Origin: Octopus sinensis
Taxonomy: Eukaryota
DNA: 64,000 nucleotides
Direction of reading: 5' to 3'
Assembly (NCBI RefSeq): GCF_006345805.1
Contig: NC_042998.1
Coordinates: 201,624,001-201,688,000, forward strand
The translations under genes and the position numbers were made by a program. The notes beneath the pieces are model-generated. The model was given only the letters and a program-made list of their open reading frames with translations, was not told where the DNA came from and made no database searches. This document shows, piece by piece, positions 41,960-56,220 of the stretch. Position 1 is the stretch's first letter. Every line of letters begins with the position of its first letter.

Positions 41960-42539
41960 GTAATTGTAGAACGATGAAAATGAATGCTCAACACTGTATT
42001 GCTAGACCGGATTACTTATATGTGAGGTGCGTTCGCGTGTCTGTGCGTGTATGCGTGTTCGCATGTGCATGTATGTGAATAGACACACAATTAATAAGGA
42101 TTTTATTCAACATATTTTCCTCTCGGATTCACATATTTATTGCCCCGTAAAAGAACTCAGATGTTTGGTCCTCCAAGCATACCTTTCGCGACACCCTTAA
42201 AGCCAGGAATATTTCAAAATCCCGTCGTATATATGTAGCTTCACAAATCCATGAGTGATGTCCCGTATTCTAGCAGTGCTACCTTCCTAGATTCCCACTA
42301 ATTTCTCGCTGTTAGAATCAAATCTTTGAACAACATTAGCAATAATGTGAATAAGCCTAAAAGACAAAGAATATAAAACAAAAAAATGTAGATTCATGGC
42401 ACATGAAAATTTCATCCCTGTTAAGTCCAATACTATTACCAGCAGCACCAATTAAAATCAAGACATTGCAATTAGCAAGTCGAATGTTACTAGGTCTACA
42501 AATGGTATACTCCAGGACATAAATAGTTAAGTTAGCGCC

Positions 42540-42970
42540 TCGTGAATTAAAATGTGACAAAGAATCTGCTAACTATACTTAGATTTGGATATTTCAGAAT
42601 CCATCAGACAAGTAACTCATCTTAAACCTGAGTTGCCGTCAGCCGAGAAGCGCACAAATAGACGAAGCTGGTGTGCATTGGTCCAGTGGTAGGTATTTGT
42701 GTCCTGTTGGAGTTAAGTTGAAAGATCTGTTTCTCACTCAAGTGCATCTATTTTAAACATTATCCCTTTGCAATGCAGACCAGGTGAGGGTGAAGAGACT
42801 GGAATTAAACCAGTATCTCGAATCCCAACACATGGGTTGCATTGTCAGAGCTAAACTTTTCGCAATGGGTTGCGAAGGAATCAAGGTCGCTGGATGTGCC
42901 CGAGTGGTGTAAACTCAATGTGGAAATGATTCAACAATTCGATCTTTGTTAAATCATCAAGGTGGTATGC
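42540..42970 (+). pseudogene. Old Tx1/L1-type ORF2 relic (endonuclease-RT linker)
   Basis: NRRSWCAL; LNQYLESQHMGCIVRAKL and, after a frameshift, GCEGIKVAGCARVV*TQCGNDSTIRSL, resembling the G.IVR.R...EGE linker. Confidence 0.45.
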
Positions 42971-42978
42971 CATATATA

Positions 42979-43369
42979 TGCTTGTCAGTTGTTTGACCTT
43001 AACCAGTTGAGCATGTCCCTTAGTGGCTGACGATGCGTGCATCTCTTATCATGAGCAGACGTAATGGGAGAGTAACTTAGCCGTGTGTTGAAAGGAATTC
43101 TTAGAGGTTTGAATAATTCACCGTTGGAAACGTATGTCGTTCGTTCAACATACTTAAACAATTCTTATTCAGGGACCTTTTGAGTGGCATGGGTTACTAA
43201 CTAGTCCCCACCTGCAAGGTCATGTGCTGTTTATATTGATATGAGATCACCATGTCACACATATATGGTTGTGATGCATGCGCCTAGTGTACCCTTACCA
43301 TACGGGTATTTATGAAGGGCTTCGTATATTTTACCCCAATGTCACTTTGATGGCATGCACTTTGATAGC
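42979..43369 (+). mobile_element. Family E TAA-tailed element (older copy)
   Basis: Reverse complement of 33098-33600; followed by TAA/TAG/CAG repeats to about 43502. Confidence 0.8.
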
Positions 43370-43382
43370 ATAATAATAATGA

Positions 43383-43478
<96 letters not shown>

Positions 43479-44223
43479 CAGCAGCAGCAGCAGCAGCAGC
43501 AGCCATTTGTTTTTCATGTTTTAATGATATTGCTATCAAAAAATGCTTTTGAATCAAATAGTTCAAGATTGTGACTTAGATAACGAGATCATCATAAGAC
43601 AAACAAAATCTTGACAGCATTGGATCAAAGCATCAAACATCGCATCTTTGAATACAACATATAATCAATACTTCTATATTATTGTCTATATGTATTTTGT
43701 TCCGCATAGTCGCACTTTACATTCGTATACTCATATACACACATAAGTACAATCATATACGTACAATTACATACGCACTCCCGTACGGACAACTACAAAC
43801 AATAAAACAAGTACATAAACACTGATTAAAAAGCATAAAAAAAAGGAAAACACAAATTGTCTACTTTGATATCTAATCGAGTTAAACGCTGGGACATTAA
43901 ATAATTTGATAGACGTTGTTAGACATTTTGTCTAACGAACAGAATAAATGTAGAGATATATGGTTTCAGGTTTCCTTCAAACTTATTTACTTAGTAATGG
44001 AATGTTCGAAACTTACTCCATAGATATATGAGACGGAAGGTCAATACAAACATTGCCTGCAAAACATGTTTTATGTTCACCGAGAAAGGTAAAACTAAAT
44101 GAGTAATTTTTAAAATTTCTATTTGCACTGTCGCCGCACTAATAGCAAAAGATTTTGTTTGCGTTGCATCACGTAGAATACTGTTGACCTTAACATGAAT
44201 AGCTCTTTGTTACAAAAATATAT

Positions 44224-44455
44224 ATTTCTTTACTAACCCACAAGGGGCTAAACACAGAGGGGACAAACAATGACAGACAAACGGATTAAGTCGATTATAT
44301 CGACTCCAGTGCGTAACTGGTACTTATTTAATCGATCCTGAAAGGATGAAAGGCAAAGTCGACCTCGGCGGAATTTGAACTCAGAACGTAGCAGCAGACA
44401 AAATACCGCAAACCATTTCGCCCAGCGTGCTAACGTTTCTGCCAGCTCACCGCCT
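44224..44455 (-). mobile_element. SINE family B with 18-bp flanking duplication
   Basis: tttgttacaaaaatatat at 44206-44223 and 44462-44479. Confidence 0.9.
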
Positions 44456-44799
44456 GACCGTTTTGTTACAAAAATATATTTTGTTACAAAAATACACACA
44501 CTAAATTCAGCACAGCACCTCTATCCCTGCGTCCTGTCTCAAACGTTTCGGTCAGGACGTATGCCGCAAATGTAAAGTGAGTATATACATCACACTTTTT
44601 AATTCTGCTTTTACCACACTTCATTGCGATATTTAACTCAAGTAACAAATAGAATATTCTCGGTCCTAAAACAATTTAAAATTTCTTGAAGGCTATCGCC
44701 ATCTTAACCTTCTTCCATGCAACTTCAAACCGAATTTTCCTCCATTCTCTAGGCAGCATCATTCAATAGAAAATACCTATTTTTAACCTCCTCACCTTT

Positions 44800-46370
44800 T
44801 CTTCAAAACGACTTATGCGAACCGACATCTGCTACATACGCATCACGTGTGACTACCTGATACGGAAGATCACTAATTGCCGTTTTCTAATCCTCCATGC
44901 AACCTTATTCAATATATCGTCTGATGCGAGACCTCAACAGCAAGCACTTCGATTTTCTGCTCTCTCAAACGAACTCGTACTCATCCGGTAACTTTCCACT
45001 TCGCACACACTGCTCATACCATCAATGCTTTACGGAAATCAAAGTGTTACGGACATCGAACTAGACTTTCTTAGAAGAGATATAAATTCTATCCGACGGC
45101 TAGCCGGTAACTTCTCTACCCAACTTCTATTATCAAACGCTGGAAAGATCTTGTTTCATCACTGTTTTACCCTTTACATATTCAAATCGTTTACATATTC
45201 AAATCGTTCTCTTTTCTGGTTGTATAGTCTAAAGTCATTTTCACCATAGACTTTAAATCCATCTATGCTGTATGCTCCCACAACGACTCCATAACTGTAA
45301 CCACGACTCCATAACTGTAACTGTAACCGCGACTCCATAACTGTAACCAGCAACACATGCCCCACAAGCCTACCGCAACCTAATGATGAATTGCCTTTTT
45401 TTCTCTGGGGAATTTTACAAAGAGGAAGTTTACAAAGCAGAGTAGCAATTGGAACTAAGGTGAGCTCCAATTATTGTAAGCTCTTTCTAGGCCACATATA
45501 TGTGCAAAACCTCGCCCTACAATTCACCGGATCAACCTACTCTTACTTCCGTTATTCTTCTTCTGCACCCTAATGCACTAAATTTTCGATACCCTTCTAG
45601 CAATCTCTTTGCGCACGGCAGCTATGCATATTTAATTCGGTTTTCGAATCCCAGTGCGAAAGAATGTAACGATACTTCCTAGATTGAGTTTAAAATCGAT
45701 CAGTTGTTGGTTCTGTATTCTACAGAGCTGAGGCCATCTATAGCACTATCTCTCTCCTACCCTGTTTACAAGTACCTATAGGCTGTACTCCCATCTCTTT
45801 TCTCTCTTTCTCTAGTCTTCTATTCAGTCGCCCTGAACCCAGAAACACTTCCTTGTTACATGTTACAATTCCGTTGCCTAAAAAAAAAGAAACTCGGAAA
45901 CAGCCAGTCCCTTACAACCCTGAACATTTAAATGCGATTACCGCAGATGCAACACATTTCCCTACATTTATTACACCTCAAGTATCAGTGGGCCTAAATA
46001 ATAATATTACACTACTCGAAACTTGTATTGCACATCGCCTAACCTTATATAATATATCGTGCGTATCATCCCCTAACTTTACATAACATATAATTAAACC
46101 TTGCGAAAAATTTTAAATTAGATGAAAAAGACGGATGCTTCGCTGGTCACTTTCGAGAGAGCAATCAAAACATACCACTGTATCTGCCAGGCTAATCTCT
46201 CATCGCCTACTTCAACTCAACAAGCCACTCTGTCACTCACTAAACAGCGGGCGGCATTTTCCACACCATGGCTCCTCATGCGCTAGAAAACTTCGGAAAA
46301 GTATTTTTATATTCGAATTCGGAACCATGTCACCGACAGATTTATATCCACGACATTTAGTTTAATCCTA
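44800..46370 (+). pseudogene. Penelope-like element relic (RT plus GIY-YIG C-terminus)
   Basis: IFTIDFKSIY (45237, like FTMDVKSLY); FSGEFYK and VAIGTKVSSNYCKLFLGHI (45442, like VAMGTKMGP.YANLF.G); AYFNSTSHS (46205); RKL..FIFEFGTMSP (46285, like LIF.LGTL.P). Confidence 0.75.
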
Positions 46371-46985
46371 CACCTTCCCCTAAATATCCTTCAACTCCCC
46401 CACTCATCATCTTTTCCATTCTACTCACTTTTCCTTTCCACCTGCTTAACTGCATGATTCCGTTCCTCCTTCCTTCCACGTCTCTAAAAAAGTTATTCTC
46501 CATCGTACTAGCACTTTTCTCTGTATGAAACTCCCGTATACCTGCGCTACTTATTAGTTGTCGCCGGCTTTTCTTAGCGGATGTAAGACTTTTTCTCTCG
46601 CCCTTTAAATCAATTCCTCTTATCTTTTCCACAACTTTAGATAATTTTTATCTGTACACAACTTTAGATAATTTTTCCACTCGCCATGGCGCTATAACTT
46701 TTTCTTCTTTTTTCCGCTTTTACTAAATAGTGCACATTTTCCTAATATAGACCATAACTAGTCTGTTTCAAGTGTCTTATAGATATTTATGCAACTATGC
46801 ATATCTGTGTAGATATGTATGTGCCTTTTTCTGTGTTTGTGGGCCAATAACCGCGTTTAATTTATCTACAAACTTCAGTATGAAGTAATCAAACTATTGT
46901 GGCCAAAGTATTCAATATATAAACGTTAAGGGTTTCGACAAATTCAGATGCAAACCAATTCCGAGTAAATAAGAATAACAATATA

Positions 46986-47374
46986 GGCGCAGGAGTAGCT
47001 GTGTGGTAAGTAGCTTGCTTACCAACCACATGGTTCCGGGTTCAGTCCCACTGCGTGGCACCTTGGGCAAGTGTCTTCAACTATAGCCTCGGGCCGACCA
47101 AAGCCTTGAGTGGATTTGGTAGACGGAAACTGAAAGAAGCCCGTTGTATATATGTGTATGCGTTTGTATGTCTGTGTTTGTCCCCACAACATCGTTTGAC
47201 AACCGATGCTGGTGTGTTTACTTCCCCGTAACTTAGCGGTTCGGCAAAAGAGACCGATAGAATAAGTACTGGGCTTACAAAGAATATGTCCTGGAGTCGA
47301 TTTGCTCGACTAAAGGCGGTGTTCTAGCACGGCCGCATTCAAATGACTGAAACAAATAAAAGAGTAAAGAGTAT
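46986..47374 (+). mobile_element. SINE family A, full length (reference copy in this window)
   Basis: tRNA-like head ggcgcaggagtagctgtgtggtaag...ggttccgggttcagtccc, central (TG/TA) tract, and short tandem tail aagagtaaagagta. Confidence 0.95.
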
Positions 47375-47899
47375 ATACCAGTAGGCGTTGAAGGTTTTCG
47401 TGTGTGTGTGTGTGTGCCTATAAAACGTCCTGTTTCCGGAAAATAGTTAGTAAGACGAATTTGTAGTAAAACGAATTTGTAACTAAATATATATGCACCA
47501 GCACAATTCCCGGCATTGTATATTTTTAGCATCTCTATAGAAATGAGGGAACACTTTACAATCGGTATTATATGTATATAATACGGTTAAATATAGTAAA
47601 ACATATTAAATACAAGTAACACAGCCAAAAGACAATATAATATAAAATAGAACAAATATTCTTTACTGCTGTAATATATAGGAAAACATCCTGGACCTAA
47701 ATTGTTTTCATATGTCCAGAACCTATTACAGGCAATACTTCAATGTATTGAAGGATTTCTATTCATAACTTTCACTTTACAGAAATTAGTTAATATTATG
47801 TAAATAATCTCATAAAACTATCTATAGCATCCTCAATATAATTGTTTCCAAGAAAATTGCTGCGCATGGATATTTTCGGAAGTAGATTACCTTTGTGTG

Positions 47900-48170
47900 T
47901 TTGTGTATGTGTCTGTGTATTCATCTATTTATCTATGTATGTGTGTGCTTGTGTGTGTGTCTGTGTATACGTATGCATACATGTATGTATCTATTTATCT
48001 GTGTATGTGTGTGTGTGTGTTTGTGTGTGTGTCTGTGTATGCGTATGCATACATGTATGTATCTATTTATCTGTGTATGTGTGTGTGTGTGTGTGTGTGT
48101 GTTTGTGTGTGTGTCTGTGTATCCGTATGCATACCTGTATGTATCTATTTATCTGTGTATATGTGTGTTT
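47900..48170. repeat. Minisatellite of about 60-70 bp units built on (GT)n
   Basis: ctgtgtat.cgtatgcatac.tgtatgtatctatttatctgtgtat recurs about 3-4 times. Confidence 0.9.
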
Positions 48171-48857
48171 GATCGAGAGAGGAAGATGTCCGGTAGATTA
48201 CTATTTAATATATTAGTGTCACTGTAGTAAAGTACGTTTATTACAAATTCACACCATAAATTTTAATGCAGCATGCTGCGGGTCAAAGGACATTTTATTA
48301 ATCCAAATAATAACCATTATACTCGAAATATTTTTGTCTTCGTGCGAGATATGTCTTTTTTCTTCCTATCGCATCGAACATTGATGTAATGGAGCAGATT
48401 TTGTTTTGTTTTCTTTTTTTCTTCTTTTCTTTTGCTTCAAACTATGCGATCTGCTGTTAGTTGATTTTTGAAAATCATCTTCAGGAAGTTATCGAAATTT
48501 TTTGGGAGGAAAAAAAAAACAGAAGTTGAGTGATCAGCGATCTATTGGGATAAGGTAAGATTTCGTAATGCAGCTTTTTTTCATACTCACATTAATTCCG
48601 AAAATTATTCTGATACATTACATCCATTTACAACTCTGTTCAAAAAATATAGGATTCACTTCAAAATTTGAAACTATGATTCCTCTAGAGAACGTCGTGT
48701 CAAAACTGTTGGAAGTCTCAACTATTACAATTGTCATATGGCAAGGTATTTTTGATGCGACTAATTCCCATTTCTAGGATTACCCAATGCTCGGTATAAC
48801 CATTGCACTTCTTGAGCTACGTTGTTTGAATATTCCGTAAATACGTATACCATGATG

Positions 48858-49244
48858 GTGGAGGCGCAATGGCCCAGTGGTTAGGGTAGCGGACTCGCGG
48901 TCATAGGATCGCGGTTTCGATTCCCAGACCGGGCGTTGTGAGTGTTTATTGAGCGAAAACACCTAAAAGCTCCACGAGGCTCCGGCAGGGGATGGTGGTG
49001 ATCCCTGCTGTACTCTTTCACCACAACTTTCTCTCACTCTTACTTCCTGTTTCTGTTGTACCTGTACTTCAAAGGGCCGGCTTTGTCACTCTCTGTGTCA
49101 CGCTGAATATCCCCGAGAACTACGTTAAGGGTACACGTGTCTGTGGAGTGCTCAGCCACTTACACGTTAATGTCACGAACAGGCTGTTCCATTGATTCGG
49201 ATCGACCGGAACCCTCGTCGTCGTAACCGACGGAGTGCTTCCAC
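48858..49244 (+). mobile_element. tRNA-derived SINE family D, full length, with 11-bp target-site duplication
   Basis: Box A tggcccagtgg and box-B-like gtttcgattcc; duplication ataccatgatg at 48847-48857 and 49245-49255. Confidence 0.92.
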
Positions 49245-49867
49245 ATACCATGATGATATGCTTGGATCCAAAGCAAGTATTGACCAAAACCTATTTCTTA
49301 TGTAGCTCAGCTTTGGAGATATGTTTTGGTGCTTCACCTCTGCACAATCATTGTTTGGTGCGCCATCTGTTATCATGAAACATTTGTTTCACGTCTCATT
49401 TCATAAAGTTATAACGAAATCGTATTTTATTCTTTGTTGACTAAGGGTTACATTTGTTTTTGTTGTTATTCTTTCTTTTATTCTTTTTACAATTAGCCTG
49501 TTTTATACACATCCGACAATTTTGCATTAACATTCCACATCGAGTACCAAATAGCTGTTAAGATATCAATATTTCTTTTGAGTGCCCCATTTCGTTGTCA
49601 TTTGGTAAAGGTCTTACGTGATCAACCTCATGTTGCAGACTCTCGTCCTTAGAATAAAACATCGTTGAAAGGTGATATATTCAAGGTACGGGTCATTCCC
49701 TAAGGATAATCGAAATTTGAAATAATGAAAAACATATGTCATCATTTTTGCACTAAATTAACAGGTATGTTGTCTTTTTGAAGGTTACGTAATACGTAAA
49801 TTAAATGCATGTACGTATCTCTCTCTCTCTCTATATATATATATATACACACAAGTATATTTGTATC

Positions 49868-49939
<72 letters not shown>

Positions 49940-49944
49940 ATACT

Positions 49945-50330
<386 letters not shown>

Positions 50331-50605
50331 ACTGGACTATATATATATATTACTTATAACAAAACCAGTTACGAATGTAAAGCTCCAAAAATGTTTTCAG
50401 ACTTCTAGACTATGCACAAGGAAGTAATCTCAGTTTGATTGTAAACTTATTTGACTGATAGTATTCAGACATTTTGAAGTATACCCACGCGAAGATTATT
50501 CGCTATGACAAATGAAACGGTTGATACTTGCAACTGTTTTTGCACGACGTTCTGTAAAGTAACTATAGTTACAAAGTTTGAAGTGAATCCTATATTCTTC
50601 GAACA

Positions 50606-50646
<41 letters not shown>

Positions 50647-50672
50647 TATGAAAACATATTTCAATCAGACAG

Positions 50673-50703
<31 letters not shown>

Positions 50704-51099
50704 TATATGTATATCTATATTATGTTTACAAATATACTTTTATTAGCAAAGTGAATATTAATATTGGTTTCAAAATTTGGCAAATAGGTCACAATAAATT
50801 GAAATTAATATTTTAAAAAGTCGATAAAGTATATTTGACCAAATACATCGTATCTAATACGTAGAAACTGCAGCTGGATATAACCTGAAATAGATACTGA
50901 AATCATGTATATTCTAGACAGTATATAACTTTATACAATATTCACTTTCCGGAAACTGGTTAATAAGACAAGCTTAATCTAATAAAAGGCTAGAATTATC
51001 AATAAATAAATAAAATTGGTCAAAGCAGAAATATAACATATTTTATATTTTCAATATTGTTCTTGGTATGAATCGTCTCTACCTACTTCGCGAGAGTGA

Positions 51100-51164
<65 letters not shown>

Positions 51165-51654
51165 TATGTTTATTTGTGTGCGTAGATGTATATGTATGTA
51201 TCTGTGTGTGTTTCTCTGTGTATGTATGTATGTAATTAAAATTAAATAAGAGAGTATGAAAACAAACATTAAGTAGCAATTAAATCAAACTCTGTATCTG
51301 AAAGGGAAACATTTTACAGTAATGGAACTTCAGTTTCAAAGGTTAGACAGATTTTAGGGAACATCACTTCTCCAGAATTAACAAGCTACCAAGCAAATCT
51401 CTGTCTGATATTTTATCATTATTCTCCAAGGACACCTGCTTATGACTCAACTGCTGAAATCCCTCAGACCGGCACTTTTCCTATCTGGACTCTATCAAGG
51501 CATAAATACAAAACTTAGAGAGGAACGACTTTAAGTGGCATGTGACATAAATTCGGGCAATAAAACAATGTTTTCTTTTTCTAAAATATGTGTATGTATG
51601 TGTTAGTGTGTCAACGTGTGTATCTATGACCAACGTGTGTATCTATTCCGATAG

Positions 51655-51990
<336 letters not shown>

Positions 51991-52093
51991 GGAAGAATGA
52001 AGGGAAATAAGAGAATATTTCATTTATACTTCCTGTATCTCTTCTGATTCAAAACAACTCTACTCTTTCCATCTATTTCACCCTCTCAAATCG

Positions 52094-52128
52094 TCTCTGA
52101 TGAAGGGATATCCCTTATATCCCTGAAT
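52094..52128 (+). ncRNA. Degenerate hammerhead-like motif in a separate repeat
   Basis: TCT-CTGATGA-AGGGATAT-CCCTT-ATATCCCT-GAA. The 8-bp stem II is perfect; the stem III region is decayed. Confidence 0.45.
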
Positions 52129-52299
52129 CAACTAACACTACTTTGCATTTCATAGATGTTCTAGAAATTTCCCATTGTATTGTCTTTGTTGTTTCCTTTT
52201 ATTTAACATGTAAATGCTCACACACGACCCTCATTAGACTCCTTACATATACTAATATAGAACCGGGAGTCTATAGTCTATAGAACCGGGATATATATA

Positions 52300-52814
52300 C
52301 TAGCTGACGTACACGTCCGTAAATAACTCAGGAAAATCTTTTGCGTGTTCGCAGAGAATATTACCCTCAGCGGCGCTAGTGTTGGTATATTCAGGAATAA
52401 TTCACTAACCGAAGTAAGTGGATCTATTGTTTAGGAAAATGCTATTTACTTTTTAAGATTTGTACAGGATAAAATGCGGAAATAACTCAAATAGTTTAAA
52501 TACTTTAGGAAGAAGCATACTCTATTTGATTTATACCAAATAATTTACGAAAGTGAATGGTTTATTTCCCTTGGCTATATATAAGGATCCCTTTGAAGGG
52601 CGAATGAGTTATTTCCCTTAGGTGTTTAAAAAACATATATTAGTTATAGATAAAAATCGTTTCCAGGGACCCTACTGTAGATTCTTTCAACAGTCTGTCA
52701 TTAGTTTCCAGACATGTTTTCCACTCCCGTGTGAAATTTAATCCAAATCGATGAAAGCATTTTGGAGGAGTTAGATAGCAACGCCACAAACAAGCACACC
52801 CACAGATTTCCACT

Positions 52815-52815
<1 letters not shown>
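52300..52815 (-). mobile_element. Non-autonomous Helitron
   Basis: Minus-strand 3' end CTAG|T at 52300-52303 with hairpin GACGT/ACGTC (52306-52317). The far end, aaatttaatccaaatcg...acaaac..acac, resembles Helitron-N 5' regions. Confidence 0.55.
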
Positions 52816-52845
<30 letters not shown>

Positions 52846-52852
52846 ACATACT

Positions 52853-52964
<112 letters not shown>

Positions 52965-53557
52965 TTATATATATATATGTGTCTATAAATAGATGAGTGT
53001 ATTTTTACCTTGTTAACAGTTAACAGAGCAGTAAAAATCTCACAAGTAAAGGTGTTGTAACTCCTTGTTTATAAAGGTAGAAACGTCGTGTTTACGTTGA
53101 ATATTTTGAATAATATATGAATACATGTTTCGAAAATTCCACTGATTTTTTTTTTTTTTTGCTAAAATGTCTTATTGACGACTTTCGTTTTTTTCACTTT
53201 CCTGAGGAGAATATTGCATTGTTTATACCATTTATTCTTTTGAATAGTATCAGTGGAATTTTCGAAACATGTGTCGAAAGTAAAAATATTTGATTATACC
53301 TGCGTTAAACTCCATTTATTTATGCATATATATATGAAAGAAGTTTTGAAAATGCAGTTTTAAAAGATGTCTATTTACTTGACCGGTTTCACTTTTTTAG
53401 GAAAATATTGTCAAAAGTAACATGTAAAAGCTTTGTTGTGTTAGGCACTGGTTGTCACAAAATATTACAATACGTTCATTGATAATAATAAGAACATGTT
53501 AAAGACAGTTTACAAGGAAAAATGTTGGGAAAATATAAAAAAAGTTAAACTTTTTTA

Positions 53558-53925
53558 TAAGTAGCTTGCTTACGAACCACACGTTTCCGGTTCATTCCCA
53601 CTGCGTGGCACCTTGGGCGAGTGTCTTCTACTGTAGCCTCGGGCAGACCAAAGCCTTGTGAGTGGATTTGGTAGACGGAAACTGAAAGAAGTCTGTCGTA
53701 TATTTATATATATATATGTATGTGTGTGTCTCTGTGTTTGACCCCCAACATCGCTTGTGTGTTTACATCCCCGTTTCTTAGTGTTTCTACCAAGGAGACC
53801 GATTGAATAAGTACTGGGCTTACAAAGAATAAGTCCTGGGGTCGATTTGTTCGACTAAAGGCGGTGCGTCAGCATGACCACAGTGAAATGACTGAAACAA
53901 GTAAAAGTGTAAAGAGTAAAGAGAA
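53558..53925 (+). mobile_element. SINE family A, slightly 5'-truncated
   Basis: Aligns to 46986-47374. Confidence 0.92.
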
Positions 53926-54934
53926 TATATATGTACATACATACATATATACATACATATGTATGTATTTTTATCTACAGCAATGTCCACGATTTGTTGG
54001 TGTAAATCCTGGGCGGCGGGGAGTAACTGCGTGAAATGTTAAAGACTACTTCATTAACGACCGGATACAAGTTGGATATCCATTGAACATATCATTTTTT
54101 TATTTTACTACACCCTACTTCGTGCATGCTATTCAGCTGTGATTTGAAACCCCATGACATAATAATTGGATGTTTCTAAATATCCGTCTAATTTCAATAG
54201 TGTATTGTGTATCGGTTCTTATTTCCTGTGTAGCTAAGAATTTTCTACAATAAAGTTTAAATATTAATTTACCTAGAATCATGTTTTATTATATATTATT
54301 TATGTTTCTATTGCTATTTATCGATTAATAGCTGCCAATGCATCAATGGCACGTACGCCGTTCCTAGAACAATCACATATTTATTTTTGGACATACCTAA
54401 TTCTATATGTATTAAAAATCAATTTGCCTTCTGAACATATATCTTGAAGGAAACATTTGTGATCTACAATTGCAGAAGTAAGATTGGAGTTCTGTTAGAT
54501 ACGGTAGGAATATTGTAATGCTAAACAATATAGGTAAGTGACACTCTCCATCTGTACATCTTAGATCTCGCAAATGCTTATTTGCTGTTTTACACACACA
54601 CACACACATGAGAAAGTGCTAAAGATGTAGATGAAAATATATATAATAAACCAGCATTCGGACTACCTTGTTATAATCACTATATGCTGTATTATTATAT
54701 ATATATATATTTTCATTTACATCTTTAGCACTTTCCTCCGTTATCGCATTTATCTAAAAAGTGGTTTAATGTTAGATTGCTTCGCCTTTTTATATACAAT
54801 TGAAACCTATGATGTTTTAGAATGGATGAAGAGGTGGATGGGAGAGAGCAGAACAAATTAGAAATGAAGGTGCTGGGGTGAGAGAGGTGAAGGAGAGTGC
54901 AAGATAGTGAAGATGGGGAAGTGAAGAGAAAGTA

Positions 54935-55776
54935 CAGGGTTTTCCCAAAGTCCCTTACGGGTTTCAATTTTTTTAAAATTTAACTTCCTTAACGTTACAA
55001 ATAAATGCGTGACATTTCGGTACAATATGAAGTACTTAATAGAAATTTTGCAACACCCCTATATCACTTATGAAGAATCACATCGCTTTAATGGTAGCTA
55101 TTTTCGGCTTCGCACGCCCGAGCTTTTTCCAAAACTTGCACCATAACACTTTGAAGGTTTTCAGACCCAACTTCTCTGATTTTTTTTATTGATGTTCTCC
55201 TTCATTTACAAAAGTATCTCCGGTTTGTAAATCCTCTCTTTCAGGTATTCCCTAAAGAAAAAGCTCAGGACAGTCAAGCCTGGGGAACGTGAAGGCCAGT
55301 TGACGTTGCCGTAGCGGGAGATTATTCACTCTCCAAAGCACTGTCATATCAACTGCATTGTTTCTCTGGCAGTATGAGCAGTTTCCTCATTTTGCTGGAA
55401 CCAAATGTGACGTCTATTTTGAATGGCTGGGCGCAATAGGGGTTCAATCAAGAATACCTTAAAATGAGGTTTTACATCAGTAAACCGGAGAACATGGTGC
55501 AGCTGAAGGGGCACATCGATAAAGAAAGCAGTGAAAAGGGATCTGAGACTCTTGAGAGTGTTATGGTGCAAGTTATGTAAAGAGGACGGACCTTCGAACC
55601 CAAAAATGGCTGCCATTTAAGCGATGTCATTTTCCATGTGATGTGCAGGTGTTGCAAAATGTGACTTTTGCATATTAATATCCCTTATGTCCATTATCAA
55701 AATTCCATCTATTTATTTGTAATGTTAAGGAAGTTATTAAAAAATGTAATCCATCATTTACTTTTGGGACACCGTG
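54935..55776. mobile_element. Tc1/mariner DD41D-like element with foldback structure
   Basis: TA|CAGGGTTTTCCCAAAG at the left and CTTTTGGGACACCGTG|TA at the right. Minus strand WFQQN..TAHTARETM...WPSRSPGL gives 41-residue D2-D3 spacing. The transposase C-terminus recurs on the plus strand at 55450-55650. Confidence 0.8.
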
Positions 55777-56164
55777 TAGAAATTGTGTATTTTAGGGTTT
55801 TGTTAAAGAAGGAAAAAGCAACAAGAAAAAGTTTGAGGGGGAAGCCGAGCTAAATGAGGCGTATCTTTTATATCAGGGAGGACAGACTTGTTGACATTTC
55901 GGGAGGGGAGGAAAATGAATACAAAATCTTTTGTATTCCTTTTCTGATTCGCGCTAGAACAACTATTCAAAATTCTTCTCATACCTAAACACTGCTCCGC
56001 ACAAACTCTCCGTTCTTTTCCACGATCGACCGATTTACCAGCACAAAACAGTCAATGTACTGACTGAATTATAACAAAGCTATAACATTCTACGTTGGTT
56101 AAGACTTGCCTCTTGTTGTGTACCGCAACAAACGATAATAAATACTGTGGCAGACTAGACTGTA

Positions 56165-56220
<56 letters not shown>

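Noticed and set aside
49173-49376. hAT-like ITDGAPN motif in a minus-strand ORF
   Set aside because: It is a single short motif, and the rest of the ORF runs into SINE sequence.
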